From IMG/VR virus record IMGVR_UViG_3300017971_000228, positions 34,107 through 98,106 of that record: a stretch of DNA of 64,000 nucleotides; one strand, 5' to 3'. Positions 30,500 to 39,529 of this stretch are shown piece after piece. Under the pieces are notes generated by a model. That model did no database searches. It saw nothing but the letters and a program-made list of their open reading frames with translations, and was not told where the DNA came from. How positions within the stretch are numbered: the first letter of the stretch is position 1; each line of letters opens with the position of its first letter. This stretch comes from a virus. The translations under genes and the position numbers were made by a program.

Positions 30500-31325
30500 T
30501 GGGGGCATACGATTCATCAGTGATAGGCCCTGGAACGTGGATGTTCCGAACTATGTCTACGATCTCTGGATGCCCGTTCTTGGGATATGCGCTGTCGGTG
30601 TCTATAGCGTGTACTGCCGACTTGGGCGCGAAGGCGTGGTAAAGGCCATTACGCAGCAACGGATTGCCAGAGCCTGTCGGATAGGAACCTCACGACTACA
30701 AAGAATCAATGCCGCCCTGGAAAAGTGCGGCTTTGTTAGCATCCGCGTACCACAAGGACAAGAGCGGACCAAACACTACACCACGGAGATTACTATTCAC
30801 GAAGCACCGAGAACAGTCAAGCCAGAGTTTATTCGGGAGTGGAGTTCGCTGGAAAACTACGAACCTCTGTCTACTTGGTTGGTGGCAGAAATGCCAATCG
30901 GCGCTGATGAGAGCGAGTCCGTAAATCCCAAATGGGATTATGAGGCGATCCCAAATGGGAATGCCGAAGTTGTACCCTTGGATGTTGAACCCTTGAATAC
31001 TACACAAGAGACGGCTACGCCGTCCTGGACTCCCCCCACCACTTTTCAGGGTTGGCGCGACCTACTGAATCACTACCGAGACCGCAAGAACAGACAGTAC
31101 GCTGTGCTGGCAAAGATGCACGACACGCTGTATCCGAACCATGAACCAGTCAACATTGGGCGTGTAGGCAATCTGGCCAAGAAGATCAGTGTGGGGCGTC
31201 TAGCACAACTGTTGTGGGAGACGAGTACACGGCCACCAAGTGGTCGGGTGTTGGACTATATCCAGGCCACGGGTGGCAAGAGAACCGATGACTCAGATTC
31301 CGCTGGACGTATCACTGTAGGCTGA
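30453..31325 (+). CDS. Replication initiator-like winged-helix protein
   Basis: W.P.LG..A..VY, TQQRIA..C.I...L...L...G.V; located before the helicase. Confidence 0.7.
   Translation: MATKRLGKKLYQTTPDGGIRFISDRPWNVDVPNYVYDLWMPVLGICAVGVYSVYCRLGREGVVKAITQQRIARACRIGTSRLQRINAALEKCGFVSIRVPQGQERTKHYTTEITIHEAPRTVKPEFIREWSSLENYEPLSTWLVAEMPIGADESESVNPKWDYEAIPNGNAEVVPLDVEPLNTTQETATPSWTPPTTFQGWRDLLNHYRDRKNRQYAVLAKMHDTLYPNHEPVNIGRVGNLAKKISVGRLAQLLWETSTRPPSGRVLDYIQATGGKRTDDSDSAGRITVG
30924..30998. repeat. Iteron-like repeats, candidate replication origin inside the initiator gene
   Basis: ATCCCAAATGGGA twice (first copy a 7-2-7 palindrome), then GTTGWACCCTTGRAT twice in tandem. Confidence 0.55.
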
Positions 31326-31332
31326 AGGGGGT

Positions 31333-32352
31333 ATGATGGCAGAGACCAAAAGCACCTATCAGGTTGAGACGGGCGAGAGTGCTGAGGATCAAATGATCCG
31401 AGACATCATCTTCTCGCCGGCAGAAGCGGCAACTGCCTTCATTGACTATGCAGGCCAGTTGCAGGAAGCACCAAAGGTGACGTGGGGTGTCAAGGCCATA
31501 GATGAGAAGATCATCCCATTGCATCCTGGTGATTTAGTGAGCTTGATAGGTCGCCCTGGCTCAGCCAAGACATCACTCTTGATCTACATGGCACGGCGTG
31601 AGGCCATGCGCATTTACAAGGCTGGCGAAGAAGGGTCGTGTGTCATCTATGTGACATGGGAGCAGTCGGTTCCTGAATTGGAGGCGATGATTGAGGCTGA
31701 TGATGAGACGAAACTTGATGATATTGCCTGGGGGCGGGCCGACATCAATCGGCTAGTTACGAAAGTCCAGTATCGAGCGAGTTTGCCAATCTGGATTATT
31801 GGACTTGGGTTGGGATCGGCTGGATTAGGTCGCACAGAGATGACGCCAGAGATTGTCTTCCGCGCTATTGACAAGCTCGCCTCGGGTGAGATCTATGGAC
31901 CCGATATGAAGATCAAACCAACGCTGATGTGCTTCGACTACGTACAGTTGATCCCGCCAGATTCGACGGGCAGTTACCAAAAGTGGGAGCGAGTCTATGA
32001 AGCCGTCAACCAGTGCAAACGGCTAGCTGTCAGGGTGGGATGTCCGGTGTTGGTCGCTGCGCAAGCAGGGCGGGAAGTAGACAACTTCAAGGAGAAGATC
32101 CCGCAGCTCGGCTCGGGGCAGATGAGTAGTGCCATAGAGCAGGCATCGGACAAGGTGGTTGGTCTCTGTCGGCCGTGGACGTATGGGGGCTGGGAGATTG
32201 TGGACACAGCGGATGGGCGAGAGTTCAAGGTGACTGACAAGCTGCTATTGATGCGGATTGTAAAGCAGCGCATGGCAGCGCCAGGGTTCACATTCCACCT
32301 GATGTTCGATCCCGCCACGTTCCGACTGGGTGAAGCGCAACCGAACTTCTGA
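31333..32352 (+). CDS. DnaB-like replicative helicase
   Basis: GRPGSAKTS, FDYVQL, AAQAGR, SSAIEQ.SD, IVKQR. Confidence 0.9.
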   Translation: MMAETKSTYQVETGESAEDQMIRDIIFSPAEAATAFIDYAGQLQEAPKVTWGVKAIDEKIIPLHPGDLVSLIGRPGSAKTSLLIYMARREAMRIYKAGEEGSCVIYVTWEQSVPELEAMIEADDETKLDDIAWGRADINRLVTKVQYRASLPIWIIGLGLGSAGLGRTEMTPEIVFRAIDKLASGEIYGPDMKIKPTLMCFDYVQLIPPDSTGSYQKWERVYEAVNQCKRLAVRVGCPVLVAAQAGREVDNFKEKIPQLGSGQMSSAIEQASDKVVGLCRPWTYGGWEIVDTADGREFKVTDKLLLMRIVKQRMAAPGFTFHLMFDPATFRLGEAQPNF

Positions 32353-33021
32353 GGACTTAGCATGATTATCATTCTGGGCATCATGGCGTTCGTAGTGGCG
32401 TGTGTTGTGATCGTAGAGTATTGGAGGGGGCGATGACTCAGAAGTATCTCGTTATCTCGTTACGGTGTCTGGTTCCGCTCATGTTGTTAGGGGTGGTGAT
32501 GCTGGCGATATGGTGGTACTTCGCTAGTGAACTGGAATCGCCGCGTGCGTGATTGGTGCTGAAGAGATGGAAGCAGATGGGTTCTGGGAGGGCAGGCGAT
32601 GAATGAGTGGATATGTCCCTACTGTGGGTACCGACGGTCTGGTGAAGTGTGTAAGGGTTGCGGGTATCTGCGTACCGAAGAAGACCGAAGCCGAGATGAG
32701 TGGAATGCGATACTCCATCATCTCCAGTGCATGGCCGACTTGCCTTCATGCCAGGATGTTGCCGACTATCTGGATCAGGAACGGACGGTGCTGGAAGAAC
32801 AGGTTTCTGGTGCCAAGAAGCTGATGGCTATTGTGTTTGGGGTAATCGCTTCAGTTTTCTATGTGGTTGTAGAGCAGGGATTGTGGTGAATGTGAAGTGG
32901 TGTTTCATTGTGTTGGGCGCGTTGGGATTCGTGCTACTGGACGTTTCGCCAATGGCCTTGCTGGTGATGCTGGTAGTGGGGGAGATAGGGGTAGCGATCT
33001 ACGCAAGGGAGAGGTGGGCTA

Positions 33022-33732
33022 GTGGGTGATCTGGGGCCGTTTGAGCTTGATACCATCGTAGTGGGTGACTGTCTGGACGTGATGCGACAGATGCCAGGGG
33101 GGTGTATAGATTTGGTATTCGCTGATCCCCCCTACGGGATGGGGAAGGGTGGCTGGGATGTTTTGGCGGATGAATGGATTCCAGAGAGTGCGCGGATTCT
33201 GCGCTCAGGTGGGACGCTATACATGACGAGCATGGGTGATGCAACGCTCCATCTAGTACCGCACCTAGATAGGTGCTTGCGTCGTCTCAGTTGGGTCGTC
33301 TGGCAGAGGGTCATCTATCATTCCCGCAAGGACAGATGGCCAAATCGACACGAGGACTTGCTTCACTATACCAGTGGCAGCCCCTGGACTTTCAATGCCC
33401 ATGCCGTCCAGGTTCCTACGACATCACAAGCGATGAAGCGTAGGGGCATTGCTACAAAGGTGCCCGCATCGGTCTGGTACTTTCCAGAGTTCAACTTGAC
33501 GTGTCCTGAGCGAGTTGGGCATCCAACACAGAAACCCGAAGCTCTCTTGAAGCGAGTGATGCTGGCCAGCAGCAATGAGGGTGAATTGGTTTTCGACCCA
33601 TTCATGGGGTCTGGAACTACAGCAGTGGTTGCACGCAAGTTGGGTCGCCACTACTTCGGCTGTGACATCAATCCCGAGTATGTGGCGATGGCGAATGAAC
33701 GTCTATCCAGGGTTCAACTGGCATTGTTCTAG
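33022..33732 (+). CDS. DNA amino-methyltransferase (N4C/N6A, beta class) #1
   Basis: DPPY...HPTQKP...DPFMGSGTT. Confidence 0.92.
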   Translation: MGDLGPFELDTIVVGDCLDVMRQMPGGCIDLVFADPPYGMGKGGWDVLADEWIPESARILRSGGTLYMTSMGDATLHLVPHLDRCLRRLSWVVWQRVIYHSRKDRWPNRHEDLLHYTSGSPWTFNAHAVQVPTTSQAMKRRGIATKVPASVWYFPEFNLTCPERVGHPTQKPEALLKRVMLASSNEGELVFDPFMGSGTTAVVARKLGRHYFGCDINPEYVAMANERLSRVQLALF

Positions 33733-33923
33733 TGATTATCAAGGAGTCATACCATGAACTACGTCGTAACCATCCAGCAGCAGGTATCAGTTCAAGCGAA
33801 GGACAGCGAATCAGCTAAAGAGATCGCGGAGAAGTCACCACCTTTCCGATGGATGTTTGGGCGGGAAGGGATTCTCAAGACGTTGCCGGTGGTGAAGGTG
33901 GTGGGCGTCGAGGAGGAGTAGAA

Positions 33924-34157
33924 GTGATTACGCTGGAGATGTCGGAAGAGACGGCTACGGTTCTGGCCTATTGCATCGGTACGGCGTTGAGCCTGCATGT
34001 GGGCGCAGCCATAGACTATCTGGCGGCTGGAGGGGTAACGTCGGAGGGATTGGACAGTCTCTGTCGGGTGTATGAAGAGATCGTGGAGTGTGTGACGGGC
34101 TGTAGCGTCTATCCGAGTGGTGAGGACGTGGCTGACTGGCTAGGAGGCCAGGGATGA
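33924..34157 (+). CDS. Hypothetical protein, paralog of the next gene
   Basis: ITLEMSE..A / YPS.EDV..WL.GQ shared with 34154..34384. Confidence 0.55.
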   Translation: MITLEMSEETATVLAYCIGTALSLHVGAAIDYLAAGGVTSEGLDSLCRVYEEIVECVTGCSVYPSGEDVADWLGGQG

Positions 34158-34384
34158 GAACCGACGCCTACATCGCGCTGGAGCTGACGGAAGCAGAAGC
34201 ATCTCTGATATGCTGTGGGCTGGCGCACCTTGCTGTTGGGAGTCGCCAGGATCCGATGGTGGCGATGATCGTGGCGAAGGAGAAGCAGACTATGCTAGAC
34301 ATCATGCACAGGATACGCCAGCAGATGGAAGCGTTCCCGTCAACGGAAGACGTACAAGAATGGCTGGAGGGGCAAGATGACTAG
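34154..34384 (+). CDS. Hypothetical protein, paralog of the previous gene
   Basis: IALELTE.EA / FPSTEDVQEWLEGQ. Confidence 0.55.
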   Translation: MRTDAYIALELTEAEASLICCGLAHLAVGSRQDPMVAMIVAKEKQTMLDIMHRIRQQMEAFPSTEDVQEWLEGQDD

Positions 34385-34736
34385 AGAAGAACTGGACGCC
34401 ATACGGGCGAGGGTGGAAGCGGCGACGAAGGGGCCCTGGGAGATCCATCGGTATCAAGAGGGCCACGACTTGGTGCAAGCGGATACCTACGTCTGCAGCT
34501 CGACGGGTGTGGAGCCGTGGTGGCCGGAGTTCAGGTACAACCATGGGCATACGGGCGTAGTGTGGGTCTTGCAGAGCCGGATGTACCGGCCGGCAGATGG
34601 GTATGCGCCGTGGTCGCAGCGGGATCGGGAGTTCGTGGCGCATGCCAGGACGGACATTCCCAAGCTGTTGGATGAAGTGGAGCGGTTGCGGGTGAAGGCG
34701 GGTGAAACAGTCGAATTGTTGGAAGGACTAGCATAG
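34377..34736 (+). CDS. Ead/Ea22-like protein
   Basis: LDAIRAR.EAAT.GPW...FVAHAR.DIP.LLDEVERL. Confidence 0.7.
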   Translation: MTREELDAIRARVEAATKGPWEIHRYQEGHDLVQADTYVCSSTGVEPWWPEFRYNHGHTGVVWVLQSRMYRPADGYAPWSQRDREFVAHARTDIPKLLDEVERLRVKAGETVELLEGLA

Positions 34737-34884
34737 AAAGGGGGGAATGATAGTGGCTGAATGGACGACTGGGGCTTATATCTTCTACGGGGTCATGACG
34801 TTGATGTTGGTAGTCTATGCCTATGATACTTGGCGTCGGTATGGCAGAAGAGGTAGAGGTTGATTGATGCATGCGAAAGGAGAC

Positions 34885-35397
34885 ATGATGGGAACAGTGT
34901 TGGTTAGTGTTTACTTGGTGGCAATCATAGCGGCGAACCTACTGACGGCATGGTTGGGTCCGTGGGTAACGCCCATCAACGGGTTTGTGTTCATCGGTCT
35001 GGACATCACGACACGCGATGCTCTACATGATGCGTGGAACAGGAAGGGTCTGTGGTGGAAGATGGGCCTGTTGATAGCGTCAGGTTCATTCATCTCCTGG
35101 ATCCTGAATCGCAACGCCGGGCAGATCGCAGTCGCATCCTTTATAGCCTTTGCCGTGAGCGGGTTGGTTGATGGTCTGGTCTACCATGCTTTCAGACGGT
35201 CATCGCGCTTTGAGCGGGTGAACTGGAGCAATCTTGCCAGCGCAGCTTCGGATTCAGTACTGTTTCCGTCACTGGCTTTTGGCTGGCCACCCAGCATGGA
35301 GATCGTTTACGGTCAGGCGACAGCGAAGGTGGCAGGTGGACTATTCTGGTCGCTACTGATGGTGAGATTTGGTCGTGATGTTACTTACGCCGAGTAG
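34885..35397 (+). CDS. yhhQ: YhhQ/VUT family queuosine-precursor transporter
   Basis: AIIAANL, IG.D.T.RD..H, IA.ASF.AF......D, SN..SA..DS..F..LAFG, GQ..AK. Confidence 0.8.
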   Translation: MMGTVLVSVYLVAIIAANLLTAWLGPWVTPINGFVFIGLDITTRDALHDAWNRKGLWWKMGLLIASGSFISWILNRNAGQIAVASFIAFAVSGLVDGLVYHAFRRSSRFERVNWSNLASAASDSVLFPSLAFGWPPSMEIVYGQATAKVAGGLFWSLLMVRFGRDVTYAE

Positions 35398-36019
35398 TGC
35401 TGAAGTATGGCGAGGGGCGATCGTGGATCATCCTCGGCTAGTAGGAATTCTGGACAGTCCCGGGACACTTCATAGGTTCGTAAGAGACAGCGGGTGTCGC
35501 TGGGCTGGCGACAACGGAGCGTATAGCAAGAAGGGTTTTGCATCGAAACCTTACAGAAGGATGTTGGAAGTAATGGCAGATTGGCAACCACAGTGCCTTT
35601 TCATCGTTGCCCCCGATTCAGTGGGTGATGCTGAAGCAACTCTGAAACGGTTCCGTAAGTGGGAGCCAGAGCTGCATGCTGGAGGTTGGCCCGTAGCCTT
35701 TGTGTCGCAGGATGGACTCGCGCCAGAGGTGATTCCGTGGGACAGCTTTGAGTGTTTCTTTGTGGGTGGGACGGATGATTGGAAGTTGACGGTTCCGAGT
35801 GTGGCGCTGATGGCTGAAGCGAAGAGGCGTGGGAAGTGGTTGCACGTCGGAAGGGTGAACTCCCGTCCTCGTGTTCTCTTCTGCCATCATGTGGGAGCAG
35901 ATAGCTTTGATGGAACGCATTATGGATTTGAGCCAGATCGAGCAGCGAGGTGGGTAGTTCCGATGCTGCGATGGTTGGACAAGCAACCGACACTGGAGGG
36001 ACTAGAAGATGTCGCATAG
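35378..36019 (+). CDS. TGT/DpdA-like base-exchange enzyme (putative deazaguanine DNA modification)
   Basis: DNGAYS, APD.VGD...TL, VSQDG, FVGG, HVGRVNS, ADSFDGT; coupled to yhhQ. Confidence 0.65.
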   Translation: MLLTPSSAEVWRGAIVDHPRLVGILDSPGTLHRFVRDSGCRWAGDNGAYSKKGFASKPYRRMLEVMADWQPQCLFIVAPDSVGDAEATLKRFRKWEPELHAGGWPVAFVSQDGLAPEVIPWDSFECFFVGGTDDWKLTVPSVALMAEAKRRGKWLHVGRVNSRPRVLFCHHVGADSFDGTHYGFEPDRAARWVVPMLRWLDKQPTLEGLEDVA

Positions 36020-36028
36020 GAGGGTTGG

Positions 36029-36850
36029 GTGACGGATCTTTTGGTGCACCAAAACTCTGGGCGCCAACTCTACGCCACCAGCATCTGCCAAAACACTCCC
36101 GAGCACGTCCAGATTATCATTCACCAGCTGATAGACGGGCCTATGCCGGACATCGAAGAAGTGTCCTCCACCATCGGGGAACTGCTTAGGGCGGATGCTG
36201 ACATCAAGTGGGGTGTAGGGGACTTGCTGGTAGCGTTGCATCGTCGGGCTGGCGGTAGCAGGGATGACTGGGTGCAATACGTCAAGCAGGTCGCGTCCAT
36301 GATTCCCAACGTCGGCTATCACACACTCTGGACGTACTACGCTACGGCACTGATGTTCCCGGAAGAGAAGCGGATCGAGGACAAGGCGTTTAGCTGGCAT
36401 GTAGAGCTCATGCACCTTGCTGGCCACCAGTTGCCAAGGTCTGGGTGGTCCCAGGAAGAGCACGAAGCGGAACGCATAGAGAAGGTGGCGGAATTGCTGG
36501 AGACGGCGGCCGAAGAGGACTGGTCGCTGTCGAGGGTAAGGCAGGAACGGTTGGAGAGCCCGAGGGATGGGCTGGAGTTCACGGTTCCGATACCCGGATG
36601 GGTGGATGTAGTGGACTCGGAGACAGGTGAAGCTGAGCAGTTCTTAGTCTTTGGCAAGGATGCGCCAGTGAAAGCCGCGAAGTATGTCCTGGGGTGCCTA
36701 CGGATACAGTCGGGAAGGCATGAACCTATTGAGATAAGGGAGAGTCATGGTTGTCTGTGGAGTGACGGTAACGTTGTGGCATATCTTGGGACTGGCAAGC
36801 TGGCCCAGCGGGCGTGGCAGAAGGTGAAGGGGAAGGTGGTGGGTGGGTAA
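36029..36850 (+). CDS. LmbU-like DNA-binding protein
   Basis: W.VGD, F....R....FSWH.E, A..E.WS...R pattern. Confidence 0.5.
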   Translation: MTDLLVHQNSGRQLYATSICQNTPEHVQIIIHQLIDGPMPDIEEVSSTIGELLRADADIKWGVGDLLVALHRRAGGSRDDWVQYVKQVASMIPNVGYHTLWTYYATALMFPEEKRIEDKAFSWHVELMHLAGHQLPRSGWSQEEHEAERIEKVAELLETAAEEDWSLSRVRQERLESPRDGLEFTVPIPGWVDVVDSETGEAEQFLVFGKDAPVKAAKYVLGCLRIQSGRHEPIEIRESHGCLWSDGNVVAYLGTGKLAQRAWQKVKGKVVGG

Positions 36851-38012
36851 CCTGGGGCCATTCGAGCTAGATACCATCGTCGTGGGCGATTGTCTGGATG
36901 TGATGAAGCAGATGCCGGACAACTGTATTGACACCATTATCACCGATCCACCATACGGATTGGAGTTCCTGGACACTGATTGGGACAGCGGAGTGCCTGG
37001 GGTAGCTCACTGGCGGGTCGCTCTTCGAGTTGTCAAACCAGGAGCAATTCTTATGGCCTTCGGAGGAACTCGGGCTCACCACCGTTTGATGTGTGCCATC
37101 GAGGATGCAGGGTGGGAGATCAGAGACTGTATGATGTGGCTTTACGCTCAAGGCACCCCAAAAAGCCACAATATCAGTAAGGCGATAGACAAGGTGGCGC
37201 ATAACGGTGCGGGTGCCGCCACGTCTTGGGTCGGATGGGGGACTGCACTGAAACCTGCTTGGGAACCCATCATAGTAGCGATGAAGCCGAGAGAGGGGAC
37301 GTATGCGAACAATGCATTGAAGTGGGGTGTAGCGGGGCTGTGGATCGATGGGGGCAGGGTTGGTGGGGCTGATGGTCGTTGGCCACCAAACTTACTGCTG
37401 ACCCATGACGAAGAATGTGAAACGGCCATGGGCAGCAGCTCAGAGACTGTTACCTATTCGAGGTGTTGTCCTGGATGTCCAGTTCGCATACTGAGTGAAC
37501 AGAGCGGAGAGAGGCCGAGCGCTGGGTACTATCGTGATCCGGCAGGGGATTGTCAACCACGAAGAGGGGCGAAGGATATGTTCGGTCATCGCTATCGAAA
37601 GGATGCACGAAGAAGGACGGCGCGATATAGCGGAGATACTGGGACCGCCGCTCGGTTCTTCTACCAGCCTAAATCATCATTCTTAGAACGGGAAGAGGGT
37701 CTTATCGGCAAGTTGCCCTGTGTGGTTTGTGGGGGGCTAGACACAAAGACTCACGTTGGTTCGGAAGGCAGAGAAATCAACTGTCATAGAAACAACCATC
37801 CTACGGTAAAGCCTCTAGCGTTGATGGAGTACCTGTGCTGTCTCACAAGAACACCATCAGGGGGTATAGTAGCTGATCCCTTTGCTGGTAGTGGATCAAC
37901 GTTGCTGGCAGCAAAGAAGACGGGGCGCAGCTATTTCGGTTGTGATAACAATTCTAGGTACGTTAGGATCGCCAAGGCGCGCTTGTCTGCTGTGCAATTG
38001 GCCCTACTGTGA
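36843..38012 (+). CDS. DNA amino-methyltransferase #2
   Basis: TDPPY, FGGTR..HR...AIEDAGWEIRD, LKPAWEPI, HPTVKP, DPFAGSGST. Confidence 0.92.
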   Translation: MGNLGPFELDTIVVGDCLDVMKQMPDNCIDTIITDPPYGLEFLDTDWDSGVPGVAHWRVALRVVKPGAILMAFGGTRAHHRLMCAIEDAGWEIRDCMMWLYAQGTPKSHNISKAIDKVAHNGAGAATSWVGWGTALKPAWEPIIVAMKPREGTYANNALKWGVAGLWIDGGRVGGADGRWPPNLLLTHDEECETAMGSSSETVTYSRCCPGCPVRILSEQSGERPSAGYYRDPAGDCQPRRGAKDMFGHRYRKDARRRTARYSGDTGTAARFFYQPKSSFLEREEGLIGKLPCVVCGGLDTKTHVGSEGREINCHRNNHPTVKPLALMEYLCCLTRTPSGGIVADPFAGSGSTLLAAKKTGRSYFGCDNNSRYVRIAKARLSAVQLALL

Positions 38013-38028
38013 AAGGATAGATAGCAGA

Positions 38029-38244
38029 ATGATTCAGCCGATTCATTTGTCCTGGTTACTGAGCGCCACTTCAGGTGTGATGCTCTGGCTGATGGGTAAC
38101 AAGAGCAAGTGGGGGCCACGGTTAGGACTGGTGAACCAAGTACTCTGGATCTTCTATGCTGTGTGGTTGCGTCAGTGGGGGCTGCTTCCTGGTGTCATCG
38201 TTTACACGCTGATTCATGCTCGGAACGTGATGCGATGGCGATGA
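38029..38244 (+). CDS. Small PnuC-like membrane protein
   Basis: WL.GNK..WG...GL.NQ.LW..YA....WG motif; three short TM segments. Confidence 0.55.
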   Translation: MIQPIHLSWLLSATSGVMLWLMGNKSKWGPRLGLVNQVLWIFYAVWLRQWGLLPGVIVYTLIHARNVMRWR

Positions 38245-39050
38245 TAAGAGTGTTCCCGCGTCGAACGTCGTTGACGCCAAGTGATCCCTATGCTTTTATT
38301 GGTGATCCTCCCCTGTGGCGGCCAGAGGCAGATGAAGTGCATGTCTCGGTTGCTTTTACCTGGGACATTGAAGAGGGACAGCGGCTGAGGGGTGCCTGGG
38401 CAAACCACTATGAGATTGTCAAGATCGGTGGACCCGCTTTCGGTGGGAATGGCGACTTCATTCCTGGACGCTACGTCAAGCCCGGAGTGACGTTCACGAC
38501 TAGGGGTTGTCCGAACCACTGTCCTTGGTGTCTGGTGCCAGAGCGCGAAGGGGAGCTTAAGCTGCTGGACATCAAGCCTGGGTGGATCATACAGGACAAC
38601 AACCTATTAGCAGCACCGCGCAAGCACAAGGAGGAAGTACTGGCGATGCTAAAGGCCCAGAATCGTGCAGTTTCGTTTTCTGGGGGCTTAGACGCACGAT
38701 TGCTCGATTCATGGTTCGCAGATGAACTGCGGTCACTGAAGATTGGGCAGGTCTTTCTAGCAGCGGATACCGTGGGGCGATTGCAGTCAGTTGAGAAGGC
38801 CATTGACAGATTATCATTCCTGAACAAGTGGCAGATCCGAGTGTACACCATGATCGGATATGGTAGAGAGACTATGGCGGATACTGAGGCGCGGATGGAA
38901 GCAGTCTGGCAGATGGGCGGAACGCCTTTTGCCCAACTCTATCAGCCGCCCGACCAGTACCTGAACTATTCGCGTGAGTGGAAGGCACTGATGAGAACGT
39001 GGAGTCGTCCGGCGGCGATGGTGGCTAAGCATGGAGGATGGCATTCATGA
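38241..39050 (+). CDS. Radical SAM protein
   Basis: TTRGCPNHCPWC (CxxxCxxC), DNNLL, GLDARL. Confidence 0.85.
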   Translation: MIRVFPRRTSLTPSDPYAFIGDPPLWRPEADEVHVSVAFTWDIEEGQRLRGAWANHYEIVKIGGPAFGGNGDFIPGRYVKPGVTFTTRGCPNHCPWCLVPEREGELKLLDIKPGWIIQDNNLLAAPRKHKEEVLAMLKAQNRAVSFSGGLDARLLDSWFADELRSLKIGQVFLAADTVGRLQSVEKAIDRLSFLNKWQIRVYTMIGYGRETMADTEARMEAVWQMGGTPFAQLYQPPDQYLNYSREWKALMRTWSRPAAMVAKHGGWHS

Positions 39051-39529
39051 AGATTCTATCCGTAGACCTAGCCGCTCGCGCCTCCGGCTTCGCACTCTTC
39101 GACAACGGTGAACTCATCTCCCACGGTACGATTATCATTCCCAAGCTGGACTCGCACCACCAGTGGATGTGGGATCTGTACGAGGACTTCTGCGATAGCT
39201 TGCCCTGGGACGATGTGGAGCACGTGGTGGTGGAGTTCGACCAGAACATCGCGGCCTATTCCAAGATGAATGTCAAGAGCAAGCGGCGGATGTACTCGGC
39301 GATGGACGTGCTGATCCTGGCGAAGCATGCCATGTCGGATGCGGAACTGCATGAAGTCAAGCCTCGATCCTGGCAGAAGGCGATGCTGAGCGGATTCCCC
39401 GGCAGCACCAAGGACGCATCGGTAGCGGTGGCGCGGTCCATCTGGCCCTCGGAAGCGTGGACGGAGCATGATGCGGACGCGGCGTTGATGGGGGAGTGGT
39501 GGAGGAAGGATCGTCAGTGGGAGAGCTAG
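39047..39529 (+). CDS. RuvC-like Holliday junction resolvase
   Basis: ILSVD......G, VVVE, P.SWQK, HDADAA. Confidence 0.8.
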   Translation: MKILSVDLAARASGFALFDNGELISHGTIIIPKLDSHHQWMWDLYEDFCDSLPWDDVEHVVVEFDQNIAAYSKMNVKSKRRMYSAMDVLILAKHAMSDAELHEVKPRSWQKAMLSGFPGSTKDASVAVARSIWPSEAWTEHDADAALMGEWWRKDRQWES

